DNA of 50,224 nucleotides from a virus: IMG/VR virus record IMGVR_UViG_3300028549_002200; one strand, 5' to 3'. Within the stretch, counting starts at the first letter, position 1. The number at the start of each line of letters is the position of its first letter. This document shows, in pieces, positions 31,419-41,470 of the stretch. The notes under the pieces are model-generated. The model saw only the letters and a program-made list of their open reading frames with translations. It had not been told where the DNA came from and made no database searches. Both the position numbers and the translations under genes were made by a program.

Positions 31419-34400
31419 ATGCAAGATCCTTTTTTAAATTCACCCATTAGCTCTCAGTTTCAGCAAAGCGTGCCTGTTGTTCAACAAGACAATATGCAGG
31501 TTCAGGTCAGTAATGACTTTGATCCATTAAACCTGAGTAAAACATTAGCGTATGGAAGACCAATTCCGTATGTCGGTGCTGAGAATGTTGATGAACAAAA
31601 TGCGGCATTTAAAGACAAGATAAAGCAAATCCGCAGCATGGCAATCGATTCAAATCAAAAGAAGGAAATGATCGAAGCGTCTATCCGCGATTATGCGACA
31701 GCCCTTGAAGGAACAAAAATTCGGAGTGCAGGAAATCAGGTTGATTCATGGGTAAAGAGTCTTGCTACCGGTGCATGGGATAGTGTTGTGGGGACGGCAT
31801 TGGTCGTTCCCGACATACTCGGAAAGGTCTTGGCAACCGTTGGACTTGGTAGCAACCTATATAATCCCGGAGAAGCTTTGAGGCAAGCGCAGCAAGAAGC
31901 ATTTGAGCTTGATAAAAACAGAGTCAGAGAAATCATGAAAGAGCGTGGAACGTATAGTTGGTTTTCTGATAAAGGAGCCAATATCGTCGGCAGCATTGTC
32001 CCCGACTTACTTATGACAGTCCTTGCAACCGTTGCAACAAGCGGAGTCGCAACTGCCCCTGTCGCATCTGCCGCCGCAGCGAAATATGGTCTCGTAGGAA
32101 GTAAGGTTGCAAAAGGCGCAAAAGCCTTAATGACAACAAAAAACATGACAAAGGCTTTGATCGCAAAAAATACCATGATGTCAATGTCACAAGGACAAGG
32201 TGGATTTACCGGATCAGATCTTCTTAAAGGTGCCGGAACGTTTGCGGCCACATACACCGGTATGCGTTCTCCGATCTTTACAAGCAATATGAACCACTTC
32301 AAAGCATGGGCTATAGATAATGCTATCTCTTTTGTTGGAGATACGTTTCAGAACGTAATAGATCCTGATATCAAGACTGGACAACAATGGATGGATAACT
32401 ATGTTGCCGGTTTTATTGGTAATAATATGTTTTGGACAAAAGGCAGGATTTTCGATGGTCATATAAAATCTTCTATGCAAATCCAAAATATCTTAGGGCA
32501 GGACTTTTCAAAAGCTGATAACACTATTAAAAGAAAATATACTATATTGGGGCAAGATGGAAAGCCCGTTGAAGTTGAAATGACCGCCGCTGAAAAAATG
32601 AAAAAAGACACCGTTGCTGAGTTCATGGATATTATGCTTAATAATGACATTACTCCTGCGTCAAAAGAAGAAGCTTTCCGTAAAATCAATAATCATTTGG
32701 TCAAGTTCGATGGAACCGAGAACGTTATGGCTGCAATGACGCATTCAATGGCGGCGTTACGCCATTCAACTGATGGCATTAAAAATTCAATGTCGGACAT
32801 GAATGCTTTCAAACGTCTTTATTTACAATTAACAAAAGACTTGACAGAAAATCCTGTAAAGCCGGAAATCATGGCAAGCACTTATCTTAAATCACTTGTT
32901 GATAAAATGGACTCTGGTGCGTTGTCAGAGATTGAAAAAGCCGTGCTATATCGTTCTTTTGTAAAAAATAACGAAGCGATGAAGGGGCCGTTTGACAATG
33001 TTGACGGGGACGGACTTGTAGCTCAGGCACTCCGCCTTACGCCAGAAAGCGTCGAATATATTAACTCAAAATCTGATGTAGCATTGCAAGCATTGCTTAT
33101 GAGATCATATACAGAGCAAAAGTCGAATCCCGAACATGCTACTCGGTATGCTGATGAAAATGGCGCAAGCAGGATTGGTCTTGATACACCAGAAGGCAGG
33201 TATGCTGAAATTCTTCGTGCTATGCAGAGTGCAGATAACCCAAATGTTCGCACAGCGACCGGAGAAGGAGTCGTTGCATCTCGAAAACACGAAGAATACA
33301 CCCCTCCAACACAGAAACAAGGATCAAAGGTTGTTGACGAACCTGATGAAATAAAAAACATTGTCCGTAATGCTATCGATGGGCTTTTGCCAAGCGAAAC
33401 CGACAAGACGATGGCTTCTGATGCCGAGTTTATGACAAAGCTTGACTTGGGAAACGCCCGTGTTGTGATTCATAAAAGCGAAGCTGCGGCAAACCAACAT
33501 CGTCCAAAAAAAGGCGTTGACGCATGGTATGATGCTTCAACCCATACTCTTCATTTTGTTAATAAAAAGACCGGTCTCGACAACACAAACGTGCTACACG
33601 AATTTGCACACGCAGTTACTCATGGAAAATACGAGTCTGACCCGAAGTTTCGTGGCGAAATAGATAAAATTGCGTCCGAAATCAAAGATGTCCTCGGTCT
33701 TGATATTGCGCCAAAAGAACTTTTAGCAGAAGCCTTTAGCAATAAATCGTTCCGAGAGTCTTTACGAAATGCGTATGCACCGGATAAACAAACCTTCTTT
33801 GGTAAGTTGGTCGGCGCGATCGGAAGACTATTCAGCCGCATTACAGGTGTTCCTGTGAAAAAATCTTTCCTTGAACGGATAGTATCTGAAACACACGAAT
33901 CTGTTAAAGACGTTGTTGAGCCTGTCTTGAAACCTGAAAAACTTTTAAAAGACAATACCAACGACAATAAACCTGACTTAGATTATATTACTGCCAAAAA
34001 AAATGTATTCAAAATAACTGCTTCTAATCAAATCGATAAAAAGGCAGAAGTAAAAGGAAGTATTGCAACGAAATTTATAGGCTTTGGTTTTTCAGACAAA
34101 AAAAGCGAAACTCATGGATATTCAGTTCAGGCAGGAAAGCATGCCAATACCGGCTCTTACAACGCCAAAGACGTTGTATTCGTTAGTGTTCCCGGGAAAC
34201 GCCATGATAAAACAGAACGAACAATATTACAAGACAAGACAATCGCAGAAGCAATAAAAGCAATTAACGCTAATGCCGTATTAATTACAGACAATTCAAG
34301 TCATCTTGCAAAAAATGATTACAATGAAGGCGAGCTTATGCTTGCAAAAAAATTGCGCGAAATGGGACATAAGTATTTTGAAATTGAAGTTGACGGCACG

Positions 34401-37400
34401 GTTCTTGGCACATGGACAATGGGCACAAAAAAAAGACCCCCTGTTGCAAGAAACTCTTCTTATGCTACAAGAGCAAAAGAAATTGATCTTGGTGCAACGA
34501 ATAAGTCCATTGACAATTTTTTCATTATTGGAGAAAAAACAGACGGGATTACGGATCGAAGCCTTGCGGAAATGTCAAAAGCAGCCACTATAGGTGGTCT
34601 TCCGATTTCATCGTTTTATGGTAGTGAAAACACTAAAGCTATCCCTTCTATTATCTCTGATTTTTTAGGGAAACAAGTTCTCGCATCCGATACTGTCACG
34701 AAAGAGTTAAATGGCTTTAAAATACAGCGTAGCGTTGGTTTTACGCGCATATCACAAGATACCAAAACGTTCTTGCAGCACTCTATGGTTGATGAACTTG
34801 TTACAAAAAAAATAAACGGGCAAGAAAGGAAAGTTAAACAGTTTCCAATAGAATACGAAGAGCTTGCTATGAAATTTGCAATAGAGCGAGCCGTAGCGTC
34901 TCGCTTGATATCTAAATTATTCCCTGATGCAAAAGGAAAAGAAAAGATCAGCAAGGTGCATAAAGCAATGGGGCTTATACATGGATTTTCCGGTTATAAA
35001 GACAAATTTGGCAATATCATAAAAAAACCATTTGACATGACAACCATTATGACAAAAGAAGGTTTGGCTGATTTCGTTAAATCTATCGAAAGAATGACAG
35101 AAGAGCCTGTTTTCGATCGTAAATACATCGATAAGTTTTGGATATCTACAAGCCAAATGGAGACGCTGCACAATTACTTAAAAGATAATAGGTTTGGCGG
35201 CGTTGCTTCTGACAAACTTTTATCACTTACAAGGGCATCTGCCTCAAAAATGATTACGCAAATACGCGCAAATGATCCATATTTTTCTTTGGTTGACAAA
35301 ATACTACCAATGCTTGATTTTCAAACCGAACATCAAGCCGATCATGCACATCGAGTCCTTGAAGGAATCGGCATGGTCGAAGCAGTGCTTAAAACAAACA
35401 TGCCTTTACTCTCTTCGTTCGGTGATGGCAGATTAAAAGGCACTGAGGTTTACAAAATGTTTGACAGTATAAAACATTTGTTTGGTGATGAAAACATAAT
35501 CAAAATAGATCGCGATACCGATGTTGAAGAAGCTGTTGGGTATGTTTTAGATCACTATTCCGCTTTCGATGGTAGATTTGTATTTTTGACAAATGATGGG
35601 GATGTTAAGCCTGATGATTATAAAAGCATTGCCTCTTCATATAATTTTCGAAAGTATAGAGAGATACGCGCTCTTGTATATCGCAGATTATGGCTTCATG
35701 GTAATGAGAACAGCTACCAATCATTATTAGATGGCTCCGTTGAGTATGCTCACGGAGTTAATGTCGATACAATGTTGTTTTCGGACACTCTTGGCGGCGG
35801 TCTCTCTAAGCCATCTTTTGGCCAACACGAAAAGTTTTTTATCATAGGGCAAGTATCTGATCCAAAATTACGATCTTCAATATTCAGGGCGAGCAATGCT
35901 GCTGTCTTCGACCCGAAAACATCGCAGTTTTATACTGTAGAGTTTTCTGATTCAAGAAAAATCGCAGCATATTCTGAGGCTGAATTCGAAACATATGGAA
36001 GTAAAAGTTTCCCATATGTTCGCGCTTTAACACAAGCCAACTCGATGAGAACCCCGGAAGATATATATAATGAAATGTCTTTTGGAAAGCAAAGCAAAGA
36101 GATGGTTGAAGATTATATTAGAGATGTTTATATGTCAACAAGCGTAGTAAGAAGCTTTGCAAAAGAACATAAATGGTTTTTGTATAATGACAAAACATCT
36201 GATTCTGAAAAGGAAGATGCGATCAAAAAAGGATTACGCGCAATGCACGAAGATAAAGCATATAAATATGTTTTGGAAGAATCGCTTAAATTTCCTGAGA
36301 GTTTTGAAGAAGATGCTAAAACCTATTACTTGTCTAAGTCAATGGAAGACTCATACGAAACTGTTTTAATGCCACACGCTTCTGCGAAAATTGAAGATAT
36401 AAAAGGAACCATTTTGCTTACAGGAAATATGACGTATGAGCAACAGCAAAATGCTTTCAATTTTTTGTCACGCAATGTCGCCACGGCTTCTTCTGATTCT
36501 GCGCCAAGGGATTCGCACAAGGCATTGTTTAACAAAGAAGTTGTTGTTAAGAATGAGATCAAAGACCAATACGTTGATGAGCCGGAGGTTTCTGTTAATT
36601 CAGCAGCTTATCCGCACGTATATGAAAAATTAAAAAATGGCGATTATGTTGCAATAGAAACTGTTCATGGCAAAACCATTGATATTCTTTTTGATCGGAT
36701 AAGCGAAAAGCTCGCAGACAAAACTACCGGCATGCAGGATTTGCTTAAAGAACTGTCAAACAAAGAACATGATGCCTTTATCAAAAAAACGATTTCGGCA
36801 ATCATTGCTGAGTTTGATGAATCTGTAATCGCACCTGAGTTAAAAGCTCAGGCCATGCGTTCATTCGATGAAGTTAGCAAGCGGTTCGCTGATAAGCTTG
36901 CAGCTGCCAATCCTACTCCGCGGTTCCCTGCTGATTCGCGTGAAGTCGATATTGCAGAACAGGCTTTCAAAGAAAAATTCCATGACATTGATTTCGGCTT
37001 AATCCAATATAATATAGCTGAATTTGATAAAGATGCAAAGCTCCGCGGAACAGATGGACAACGCTTTTTGATTGTTCTCGAAAATGATAATGGAGAACAC
37101 AACGCCTACCCTCTTGATCTAAAGCAGTATTCTGAGCTTGCAAAAGCGAGAGACCATGAAGAGCTTGCTTCTATTTTGCAAAATGGCATTATTTCATCGA
37201 AAAAAAATCCAAAAGTTTTTGATGACATGGAGCTTGAATCGCTGCGAATTATCAGTGGCGGCTTTGGCACAAAGCAGTCCGATGAAGAAGTTGACTATAA
37301 AGATGAAGATACAGGAGAGTATAAGGCAAACGTAAAAGAAGAGACTGGCGAAGACCGCACAAATTACTTTGAAGAAAATGTTTATGAAACGATTGCTATT

Positions 37401-38456
37401 AAGCATAGTTCTATTGAAAAAGACTTGGGAATGATGCGTATTGAAAAAGCCCATAAACGCATTCTTGATGCACAAAAGCATAATAATGTTGAAGAACAGA
37501 AATTTGCCTTGCGAGATGCGTCTTATGATATTGCTACTGATATCAGTGTTAGTCCCGATGTTCGCATGAGAGCAATCGCCTTTCTTGATGTTTTGTCGCG
37601 AGGTGACTCTGATTATGATTTGTTTATAAAAAATAATATCGAGGTAGTTGTTGATGCTTTAAGAATGGAAATGCCAACAGCAAAAGATACACGTCAAACG
37701 TCTGCATTTTTGGCCGGGCAAAAGTTGTCTGAAACGATTGCTCCGCGTAATGATTTGAAGATTTCGTTGGAGAAAATTTCGCAAGAATTAGGAAAGCAGT
37801 TTGATACCGGCGTCATTAAAGAGCATCGAGACGCTTTGGTACAAAGCTTAAAAGACATAAAAGACGAGCGTATAAAAGAGCTAATTGAAGATGTGTCAGA
37901 TAAAATCGATGCTTTGGCGTCTGTTGAGGCAAAAGGTGGCTTAGACAAAGTAAAGGATGCGCTTATTGCAAAAATCGAAACATCTATCGAGCAGATCGGC
38001 AAAATAATGAATACGCCATTATACCAAAAGCGAGTTGAAAATCAAGATGTTCTGCAAAAACATGCAATGACATATATTAAAAATGGTAAGATATCAAAAG
38101 ATACGCAAGCGCAATTCGAGAGAACGTTAAGAATGATTGTTTCTCGTATTGGTACCGGACATGACTATTCTACAAGGCTTAATAATGCGTTGGCCCGTAT
38201 GGAAAACCTGAGTAGTTTGTCAGACATTGATGCACGGTTCAATAACGTCATTGATAGACTTGACATTATCGATAAATTGTCTACAATAAAAGACGTGGAC
38301 ACATCTGATTCTATTAAATTGATTGAGCGTAAAATCAATGCTGAGCTTAAAGCGTTGAGCAAAATCATTAAAGGCAACGGGTATATTGTCAATTCAAGCA
38401 ATGGTAAAAGCAACAATGCTTATGTCGTAAAAAATGACGATTTTGATGGTTGCTAA
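31419..38456 (+). CDS. Giant multidomain virion/ejection-type protein, 2345 aa, with an HExxH zincin-like motif
   Basis: Start set at MQDPFLN, 1 nt after the upstream stop. Hydrophobic Ala/Val/Gly-rich segments near residues 120-240. LHEFAHAVTHG at nt 33597..33611. An unassigned alpha/beta module at about 34050..34420. Long helical C-terminal part. Confidence 0.75.
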   Translation: MQDPFLNSPISSQFQQSVPVVQQDNMQVQVSNDFDPLNLSKTLAYGRPIPYVGAENVDEQNAAFKDKIKQIRSMAIDSNQKKEMIEASIRDYATALEGTKIRSAGNQVDSWVKSLATGAWDSVVGTALVVPDILGKVLATVGLGSNLYNPGEALRQAQQEAFELDKNRVREIMKERGTYSWFSDKGANIVGSIVPDLLMTVLATVATSGVATAPVASAAAAKYGLVGSKVAKGAKALMTTKNMTKALIAKNTMMSMSQGQGGFTGSDLLKGAGTFAATYTGMRSPIFTSNMNHFKAWAIDNAISFVGDTFQNVIDPDIKTGQQWMDNYVAGFIGNNMFWTKGRIFDGHIKSSMQIQNILGQDFSKADNTIKRKYTILGQDGKPVEVEMTAAEKMKKDTVAEFMDIMLNNDITPASKEEAFRKINNHLVKFDGTENVMAAMTHSMAALRHSTDGIKNSMSDMNAFKRLYLQLTKDLTENPVKPEIMASTYLKSLVDKMDSGALSEIEKAVLYRSFVKNNEAMKGPFDNVDGDGLVAQALRLTPESVEYINSKSDVALQALLMRSYTEQKSNPEHATRYADENGASRIGLDTPEGRYAEILRAMQSADNPNVRTATGEGVVASRKHEEYTPPTQKQGSKVVDEPDEIKNIVRNAIDGLLPSETDKTMASDAEFMTKLDLGNARVVIHKSEAAANQHRPKKGVDAWYDASTHTLHFVNKKTGLDNTNVLHEFAHAVTHGKYESDPKFRGEIDKIASEIKDVLGLDIAPKELLAEAFSNKSFRESLRNAYAPDKQTFFGKLVGAIGRLFSRITGVPVKKSFLERIVSETHESVKDVVEPVLKPEKLLKDNTNDNKPDLDYITAKKNVFKITASNQIDKKAEVKGSIATKFIGFGFSDKKSETHGYSVQAGKHANTGSYNAKDVVFVSVPGKRHDKTERTILQDKTIAEAIKAINANAVLITDNSSHLAKNDYNEGELMLAKKLREMGHKYFEIEVDGTVLGTWTMGTKKRPPVARNSSYATRAKEIDLGATNKSIDNFFIIGEKTDGITDRSLAEMSKAATIGGLPISSFYGSENTKAIPSIISDFLGKQVLASDTVTKELNGFKIQRSVGFTRISQDTKTFLQHSMVDELVTKKINGQERKVKQFPIEYEELAMKFAIERAVASRLISKLFPDAKGKEKISKVHKAMGLIHGFSGYKDKFGNIIKKPFDMTTIMTKEGLADFVKSIERMTEEPVFDRKYIDKFWISTSQMETLHNYLKDNRFGGVASDKLLSLTRASASKMITQIRANDPYFSLVDKILPMLDFQTEHQADHAHRVLEGIGMVEAVLKTNMPLLSSFGDGRLKGTEVYKMFDSIKHLFGDENIIKIDRDTDVEEAVGYVLDHYSAFDGRFVFLTNDGDVKPDDYKSIASSYNFRKYREIRALVYRRLWLHGNENSYQSLLDGSVEYAHGVNVDTMLFSDTLGGGLSKPSFGQHEKFFIIGQVSDPKLRSSIFRASNAAVFDPKTSQFYTVEFSDSRKIAAYSEAEFETYGSKSFPYVRALTQANSMRTPEDIYNEMSFGKQSKEMVEDYIRDVYMSTSVVRSFAKEHKWFLYNDKTSDSEKEDAIKKGLRAMHEDKAYKYVLEESLKFPESFEEDAKTYYLSKSMEDSYETVLMPHASAKIEDIKGTILLTGNMTYEQQQNAFNFLSRNVATASSDSAPRDSHKALFNKEVVVKNEIKDQYVDEPEVSVNSAAYPHVYEKLKNGDYVAIETVHGKTIDILFDRISEKLADKTTGMQDLLKELSNKEHDAFIKKTISAIIAEFDESVIAPELKAQAMRSFDEVSKRFADKLAAANPTPRFPADSREVDIAEQAFKEKFHDIDFGLIQYNIAEFDKDAKLRGTDGQRFLIVLENDNGEHNAYPLDLKQYSELAKARDHEELASILQNGIISSKKNPKVFDDMELESLRIISGGFGTKQSDEEVDYKDEDTGEYKANVKEETGEDRTNYFEENVYETIAIKHSSIEKDLGMMRIEKAHKRILDAQKHNNVEEQKFALRDASYDIATDISVSPDVRMRAIAFLDVLSRGDSDYDLFIKNNIEVVVDALRMEMPTAKDTRQTSAFLAGQKLSETIAPRNDLKISLEKISQELGKQFDTGVIKEHRDALVQSLKDIKDERIKELIEDVSDKIDALASVEAKGGLDKVKDALIAKIETSIEQIGKIMNTPLYQKRVENQDVLQKHAMTYIKNGKISKDTQAQFERTLRMIVSRIGTGHDYSTRLNNALARMENLSSLSDIDARFNNVIDRLDIIDKLSTIKDVDTSDSIKLIERKINAELKALSKIIKGNGYIVNSSNGKSNNAYVVKNDDFDGC

Positions 38457-38465
38457 GGAGGATGT

Positions 38466-41444
38466 ATGGCAAGAACATGTAAGTTTGAAACGAATAAGGA
38501 TTTTAAAGATGCTTATTACAAAACACCTTCCGCAGATGCGGTCTTTGATAGATCTGAAATAGAAATGCGTGTTGATAAAAGTGCTATTCACCCTCGGCAA
38601 ACAGTTGAGTCATTGTTGTCTACCAGAGAAAATCTTGATCAGTCTTATTCTGCTTTTCAGGGAAGTAAAGTCACCGGCCATGATTTTGTTGACAAAGTCA
38701 TCGATAAAGTGCTTATAAAAATGTCTGACTTTGAGGAAAAAAAACTCCCATATGATCGAGACGCTGCTGTTAAAAAAGAAATGCACGATCGGAAATTATA
38801 TGATTTTAAGCAGAAGCTTACTATTCTTGAACGCGAAACAAACCGATTAAACACTAACATCAAAGGGAAAGAACTCGCATTAAGCAAATTGGATAAAGAT
38901 ACCAATAAAAAAAACTTTGACCGTCTTACCAAAGAAGTTGATAAACTAAAATCGGAATACAATAAAATTGTAAAATCACGCGATCTTATGCAAGAACGAG
39001 TTGATCATGTTTTAAAAGCCTCGTATGGGGCCGCTAATCAGTTCGGGTTGCGTCCGTATACCGCACGTTTTTTGGACTTTATGAGACAGATCATTGAAAC
39101 TCCAAACACAAGTCAATCAAAAGCATTGCGTTCTATGTTTGACATCGCCACCGGCGTTCAGCGGAAATGGTCTACTTTTGCAAACCAAACCATTAAAACG
39201 CATGTGCCAGAAGGTTCCGCGTTATACAAAATGATGATGGATATTTCATCGGATAGAAAACCTCTGAGCTTTGCAAGCAAGCAGACTCGCCAAAACATGG
39301 CGACATTGCGTCTTATGCTTTACGTAAGAAATGATCCTTCTTTTCAGACAAAAGAATTTGACGAGAATAACCCGATTGATCGATTTTCGCCACTCAACGG
39401 ATTGCGGCTTGATTCTGAGATTATTCAAAAATTTATTGCACATGAAGAACTGCCAAAGTCTGAAATAGAAGATTTGTTGTTAGGAGATAGTGTTGTAGTC
39501 CGGCAAGAAGCAGAAGAAGCTTATACTCAACTTAGAAGACTATTTGATTCTCTTTATCCTCAATATAAGCAATTAAGCTTGAAGCATGACATTACTACCA
39601 TGAGTGATGTTAAGCGAAACTATTGGGTTGAAACCCGTGATGAAAGATTTTTGCTTTTTGAAAAAGATCAAAATGGTAAGGCTGTATGGGTAAGAGACTA
39701 TAAAACAAAAGCCGAAGCCGAAGTTGCTATGGCGCAACGCAAATTATCTGTTCCTGTTGGGAACAACAAACATACGTTTTCTGTAATGGATAGGTTCTCA
39801 GAAGACGAAAGAGGGTCAATGGAACACGGCTCTTTCGCTTCTGCAATGCAGTATCAAGGCGTTCCCGGTGCGAGGATAGGCAACCCAATATTGCGTGTAT
39901 TTGGGCAAACTGGTTATCTTACGAAAATGACAAGCGCATTACAAAAATCCGAAACACAAGAACGCTTTGCAGATTATGTTTCTGATTTATTGAAAGCAAA
40001 TGACGGCAAGCTTAGTCAAGATGAATTACGCAATATTAAACAATATTCCAACTATTTGTTAAAAGATGATTACTCTTCTATGAACCATTTTGTCGATAGT
40101 ATAAGATCGGCAATGTTTCTTAAATATGTAGTTGGAAATTTCATCAACTATTATGGTAACGTTTTTCAGTCGATGCATTTCGCCCCACAGGAAATATCGG
40201 CAAGAACAGGGATAAACCCTTTTAAGGTTGCTCCATATATGATTGAAGCAAACAAAGATGCCCTTTTTTATCTCAAACAATCATGGCACCCAAATGTTTC
40301 CGGTTTGATAGGCAGTAAAAAAAATGACCAAATACGCGAGTTTTTTAAAAAACCTGATAATAAACATTTTACTGCTGACGAACTTTCGTTTCTTAACGCA
40401 ATGTCTGATGCCGGTGTTTTTGGCAATGCAATAGCTGATGAAGCGAAGGGGCAATATGGCAACAAAATACTCCAGTATCTTGCCGACAAGGGCGGCTTTA
40501 TGTTTGAGCAATTTGATAAGCAAACACGAATTGCTACTGCCTTGGGGTATTATCGGTTGCTAAAAACCAAACATGGTTTTGAATCAAAAACTCCACAAGA
40601 GATTTTAGATGAAATTTCAAATCTTGTGTATAAGACCAATTTTTATTACGGAAAAGCAAATCATCCTCAGTTTATACAACACCACGGCGGAGTGAATAAA
40701 TTTTTAAGACTTGCTAATATGTTTTCTAACTATCAAAGAAGTGTTGTCGCTTTTTATGTTGATGCCGTAAAGCAGTTTCAGTCCGGTGAAAAGACCGGGA
40801 AACAAATGGTCGATGAACTTGCATATGGAACGGTGTCTGCTGCTGTTCTTGGCGGATGGAAATCAATTCCATTTATTCTTCTCGGCACAAGCGCGGCAAA
40901 CATACTTTCGGCAGATGACATCGATCGCGAGATAGATGAAGCATTGCTATCTACCCCTGTCATTGGCAACTTCTTATATGGTGGACTTCCCGGCGCACTT
41001 GGCATTGACCCCGGAAAGCGTTTATCTGCTCCGTATTCGGTATCTTCTTCCTTCTTCAACCCACTATCACCTGATACCCCACTGTATCGCTTTGCATACG
41101 ACACTGGTGATTCTGTCCATCAAATTTTGCAAGGAAAAATAGTAGATGGTGGAAAAAGTCTCGTCCTTCCGGTTGCTTATCAAAAAAGAACGTCAGGCGT
41201 GAAAGCATTTGTCTCTGATGAAACAAAGAAAAAGGTATATGATCCTGTCTCGCAGCAAGTCTTTTATGTCGATCAATCTTTTTCTGATAAACTAATCATG
41301 TCTTTTGGACTAACTCCTATCAGTCAAAAAAAAGATATGCTTTTACAATCCGCAAATAGGGATCGTAGTTATAAAGAAAAAGGGAAAGAATTTAAACGTC
41401 ACTACGAGTCAAAGGGAATGAAATATGAACACAAAAAAAAATAG
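38466..41444 (+). CDS. Large internal-virion/ejection-type protein, 992 aa
   Basis: AAGGAGG ribosome-binding site. Coiled-coil N-terminal region. Hydrophobic segment GTVSAAVLGGWKSIPFILLGTSAANIL near the C-terminus. Last gene of the late block. Confidence 0.55.
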   Translation: MARTCKFETNKDFKDAYYKTPSADAVFDRSEIEMRVDKSAIHPRQTVESLLSTRENLDQSYSAFQGSKVTGHDFVDKVIDKVLIKMSDFEEKKLPYDRDAAVKKEMHDRKLYDFKQKLTILERETNRLNTNIKGKELALSKLDKDTNKKNFDRLTKEVDKLKSEYNKIVKSRDLMQERVDHVLKASYGAANQFGLRPYTARFLDFMRQIIETPNTSQSKALRSMFDIATGVQRKWSTFANQTIKTHVPEGSALYKMMMDISSDRKPLSFASKQTRQNMATLRLMLYVRNDPSFQTKEFDENNPIDRFSPLNGLRLDSEIIQKFIAHEELPKSEIEDLLLGDSVVVRQEAEEAYTQLRRLFDSLYPQYKQLSLKHDITTMSDVKRNYWVETRDERFLLFEKDQNGKAVWVRDYKTKAEAEVAMAQRKLSVPVGNNKHTFSVMDRFSEDERGSMEHGSFASAMQYQGVPGARIGNPILRVFGQTGYLTKMTSALQKSETQERFADYVSDLLKANDGKLSQDELRNIKQYSNYLLKDDYSSMNHFVDSIRSAMFLKYVVGNFINYYGNVFQSMHFAPQEISARTGINPFKVAPYMIEANKDALFYLKQSWHPNVSGLIGSKKNDQIREFFKKPDNKHFTADELSFLNAMSDAGVFGNAIADEAKGQYGNKILQYLADKGGFMFEQFDKQTRIATALGYYRLLKTKHGFESKTPQEILDEISNLVYKTNFYYGKANHPQFIQHHGGVNKFLRLANMFSNYQRSVVAFYVDAVKQFQSGEKTGKQMVDELAYGTVSAAVLGGWKSIPFILLGTSAANILSADDIDREIDEALLSTPVIGNFLYGGLPGALGIDPGKRLSAPYSVSSSFFNPLSPDTPLYRFAYDTGDSVHQILQGKIVDGGKSLVLPVAYQKRTSGVKAFVSDETKKKVYDPVSQQVFYVDQSFSDKLIMSFGLTPISQKKDMLLQSANRDRSYKEKGKEFKRHYESKGMKYEHKKK

Positions 41445-41445
41445 A

Positions 41446-41465
41446 AGGTAGGGTTTCCCCTACCT
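41446..41465. terminator. Bidirectional rho-independent terminator between convergent blocks
   Basis: Stem AGGTAGGG-tttc-CCCTACCT, with an A9 run upstream and cc-TTTTT downstream. Confidence 0.65.
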
Positions 41466-41470
41466 CCTTT

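Noticed and set aside
31736-32302. A 188-aa minus-strand ORF, together with the other antisense ORFs listed inside 31419..41444
   Set aside because: They lie entirely within the long plus-strand genes, lack ribosome-binding sites, and run against the orientation of the block. They look like chance open frames in long genes.
31419-38456. Giant protein as a virion-packaged RNA polymerase (N4-like or crAss-like)
   Set aside because: I looked for DxDGD/NADFDGD-type or T7-like polymerase motifs. The only near hit is NVDGDG, which has the wrong Asp spacing. There is no supporting evidence.
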